Shown: in pieces, positions 62,301-64,000 of the stretch | Numbering within the stretch: the stretch's first letter is position 1 | Layout of the letters: the number at the start of each line of letters is the position of its first letter | Origin: Eledone cirrhosa | Taxonomy: Eukaryota | Length of the DNA stretch: 64,000 nt | Assembly: GCA_964016885.1 (NCBI GenBank) | Contig: OZ024743.1 | Coordinates: forward strand, 135,718,001 to 135,782,000 | Direction of reading: 5' to 3' | Position numbers and translations under genes: made by a program | Notes under the pieces: model-generated | The model's input: only the letters and a program-made list of their open reading frames with translations | The model's database searches: none | What the model was told of the DNA's origin: nothing

Positions 62301-64000
62301 TGGTGTTTGGTGTTTGGTGCTTGCTGCTGGCTGCTTGGTGTTTGATGCATGGTGATTGGTGCTTGGTGTTTGGTGCTTGGTGTTTGGTGTTTGATGCTTG
62401 GTGCTTGGTGCTTGGTGTTTGGTGCTTGGTGCTTGGTGTTTGGTGCTTGGTGCTTGGTGTTTGGTTTTTGGTGCTTGGTGCTTGGTGTTTGGTGTTTGGT
62501 GCTTGCTACTGGCTGCTTGGTGTTTGATGCATGGTGATTGGTGCTTGGTGTTTGGTGCTTGGTGTTTGGTGTTTGATGCTTGGTGCTTGGTGCTTGGTGT
62601 TTGGTGCTTGGGGCTTGGTGTTTGGTGCTTGGTGCTTGGTGTTTGGTGCTTGGTGTTTGGTGCTTGGTGTTTGGTGCTTGGTGCTTGGTGCTTGGTGCTT
62701 GGTGTTTGGTGGTTGGTGCTTGGTGCTTGGTGTTAGGTGTTTGGTGCTTGGTGCTTGGTGTTTGGTGTTTGGTGCTTGGTGTTTGGTGTTTGGTGCTTGG
62801 TGTTTGGTGCTTGGTACTTGGTGCTTGGTGCTTGGTGTTAGGTGTTTGGTGCTTGGTGCTTGGTGTCTGGTTTTGGGTGCTTGGTGCTTGGTGTTTGGTG
62901 TTTGGTGCTTGCTGCTGGCTGCTTGGTGTTTGGTGCTTGGTGATTGGTGCTTGGTGTTTGGTGCTTGGTGTTTGGTGTTTGGTGCTTGGTGATTGGTGTT
63001 TGTACTTGGTGCTTGGTGCTTGGTTCTTGGTGTTTGGTGCTTGGTGCTTGGTGTTTGGTGTTATATGCTTGGTGTTTGATGCTTGGTGCTTGGTGCTTGG
63101 TGTATGGTGTTTGGTGTTTGATGCTTGGTGCTTGGTGTTTGGTGCTTGGTGCTTGGTGTTTGTACTTGGTGCTTGGTGCTTGGTGCTTGGTGTTTGGTGC
63201 TTGGTGCTTGGTGCTTGGTCCTTGGTGCTTGGTGTTTGGTGGTTGGTGTTTGGTGCTTGGTGTTAGGTGTTTGGTGCTTGGTGCTTGGTGTTTGGTGTTT
63301 GGTGCTTGGTGTTTGGTGTTTGGTGCTTGGTATTTGGTGCTTGGTACTTGGTGCTTGGTGCTTGGTGTTAGGTGTTTGGTGCTTGGTGTTTGGTTCTTGG
63401 TGTTTGGTGCTTGGTGTTTGGTGCTTGGTGTTAGGTGTTTGGTGCTTGGTGCTTGGTGTTTGGTGTTTGGTGCTTGGTGTTTGGTGTTTGGTGCTTGGTG
63501 TTTGGTGCTTTTTGCTTGGTGCTTGGTGCTTGGTGTTTGGTGCTGGGTGCTTGGTGCTTGGTGTTTGGTGTTATATGCTTGGTGTTTGATGCTTGGTGCT
63601 TGGTGCTTGGTGTTTGGTGTTTGGTGCTTGGTGTTTGATGCTTGGTGCTTGGTGCTTGGTGTTTGGTGCTTGGTGCTTGGTGTTTGGTGCTTGGTGCTTG
63701 GTGTTTGGTGCTTGGTGTTTGGTGCTTGGTGTTTGGTGCTTGGTGCTTGGTGCTTGGTGCTTGGTGTTTGGTGGTTGGTGCTTGGTGTTTGGTGTTAGGT
63801 GTTTGGTGCTTGGTGCTTGGTGTCTGGTTTTTGGTGCTTGGTGCTTGGTGTTTGGTGCTTGTTGCTGGCTGCTTGGTGTTTGGTGCTTGGTGATTGGTGC
63901 TTGGTGTTTGGTGCTTGGTGTTTGGTGTTTGGTGCTTGGTGTTTGTACTTGGTGTTTGGTGCTTGGTGTTTGGTGCTAGGTGCTTGGTGTTTGGTGCTTG
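59380..64000 (+). repeat. Right zone: 406-bp and 182-bp tandem duplications inside a ~2.5-2.6 kb duplication (~59990-61410 recurs at ~62490-64000)
   Basis: Private TTGATGCATGG with first A at 59624, 60030, 62345 and 62527. ORF pairs 59628/60034 (406), 62349/62531 (182), 60034/62531 and 60447/62944 (2497). TTGTTGCTGG at ~61272 and ~63859. Confidence 0.85.

Larger units (their letters stand above)
1..64000 (+). repeat. Heptameric satellite array (TTGGTGY)n, G/T-rich strand on +, extends beyond both window edges
   Basis: Every line parses into 7-bp units TTGGTGC/TTGGTGT with scattered substituted units (TAGGTGY, TTGATGY, TTGCTGY, TTGGTAC, TTGGTTC, TTGGTGG, TTGGTGA, TATATGC) and occasional 6-bp units (TTGTAC). 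No CACCAA-oriented segment seen on +. All three + frames translate to the same 7-aa repeat, as expected for a 7-nt period. Confidence 0.99.

Noticed and set aside
57935-62350. Minus-strand ORFs of TKHQAPS/TKHQTPN repeats (564, 324 and 380 aa) that resemble mucin-like or RNA polymerase II CTD-like heptads
   Set aside because: They are the reverse complement of the same satellite, opened by chance CAT variants. They have no signal peptide or non-repetitive part, and 6-bp units shift frame without consequence.
4788-63580. GTTATATG as TATA box or -10 promoter elements
   Set aside because: It is a variant unit copied with the HOR, with no downstream gene or other promoter context. It is kept only as a marker.
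766-63800. Recurrent TTAGG as an arthropod-type telomere repeat
   Set aside because: It occurs as isolated single-substitution units (TAGGTGT) in 7-bp register, never as (TTAGG)n.
2-63979. Hundreds of + strand ORFs of W/C/L/V/G-rich repeats (up to 679 aa at 51726-53765)
   Set aside because: A stop-free 7-nt period gives the same heptapeptide in all three overlapping frames. Starts are mostly GTG/TTG from the repeat itself and stops are sporadic TAG/TGA variants. There is no unique domain, RBS or frame preference.
1-64000. CRISPR array
   Set aside because: No unique spacers, no 23-50 bp repeat-spacer alternation and no cas genes.
1-64000. Pure sequencing artefact or synthetic low-complexity sequence
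   Set aside because: Nested duplications of differing divergence, position-restricted variants and preserved register fit evolved satellite DNA. Exact copy numbers of the perfect duplications still need read validation.
1-64000. A gene-encoded novel system (mobile element, DGR, retron, defence locus)
   Set aside because: No non-repetitive coding sequence, terminal repeats, inverted repeats or target-site duplications are visible, so claiming one would be unsupported.

Overview
The whole 64 kb window is one uninterrupted, single-orientation tandem array (satellite DNA) of the heptamer TTGGTGY, mainly TTGGTGC and TTGGTGT (reverse complement RCACCAA), about 9,100 units from length alone. It runs off both edges. 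I found no unique sequence, inversion, gene, RNA gene, CRISPR spacer or transposon. All ORFs in the track are artefacts of a stop-free 7-bp period (WCLV[L/F]G[A/V] on +, TKHQ[A/T]P[S/N] on -). The real structure is in the variants. The C/T pattern and rare variant units (TATATGC, TTGTAC, TAGGTGT, TTGGTAA and others) are copied in nested higher-order blocks at roughly 0.1, 0.2, 0.54, 0.95, 1.26, 1.7, 2.8, 3.1, 3.5 and 5.6 kb. The centre is homogeneous and appears young, while both flanks are more diverged and resemble each other. This looks like a centromeric/pericentromeric or telomere-associated satellite growing by recombination. Host and function cannot be determined from this window. Block boundaries were read by eye and from ORF-track offsets and are approximate unless stated.
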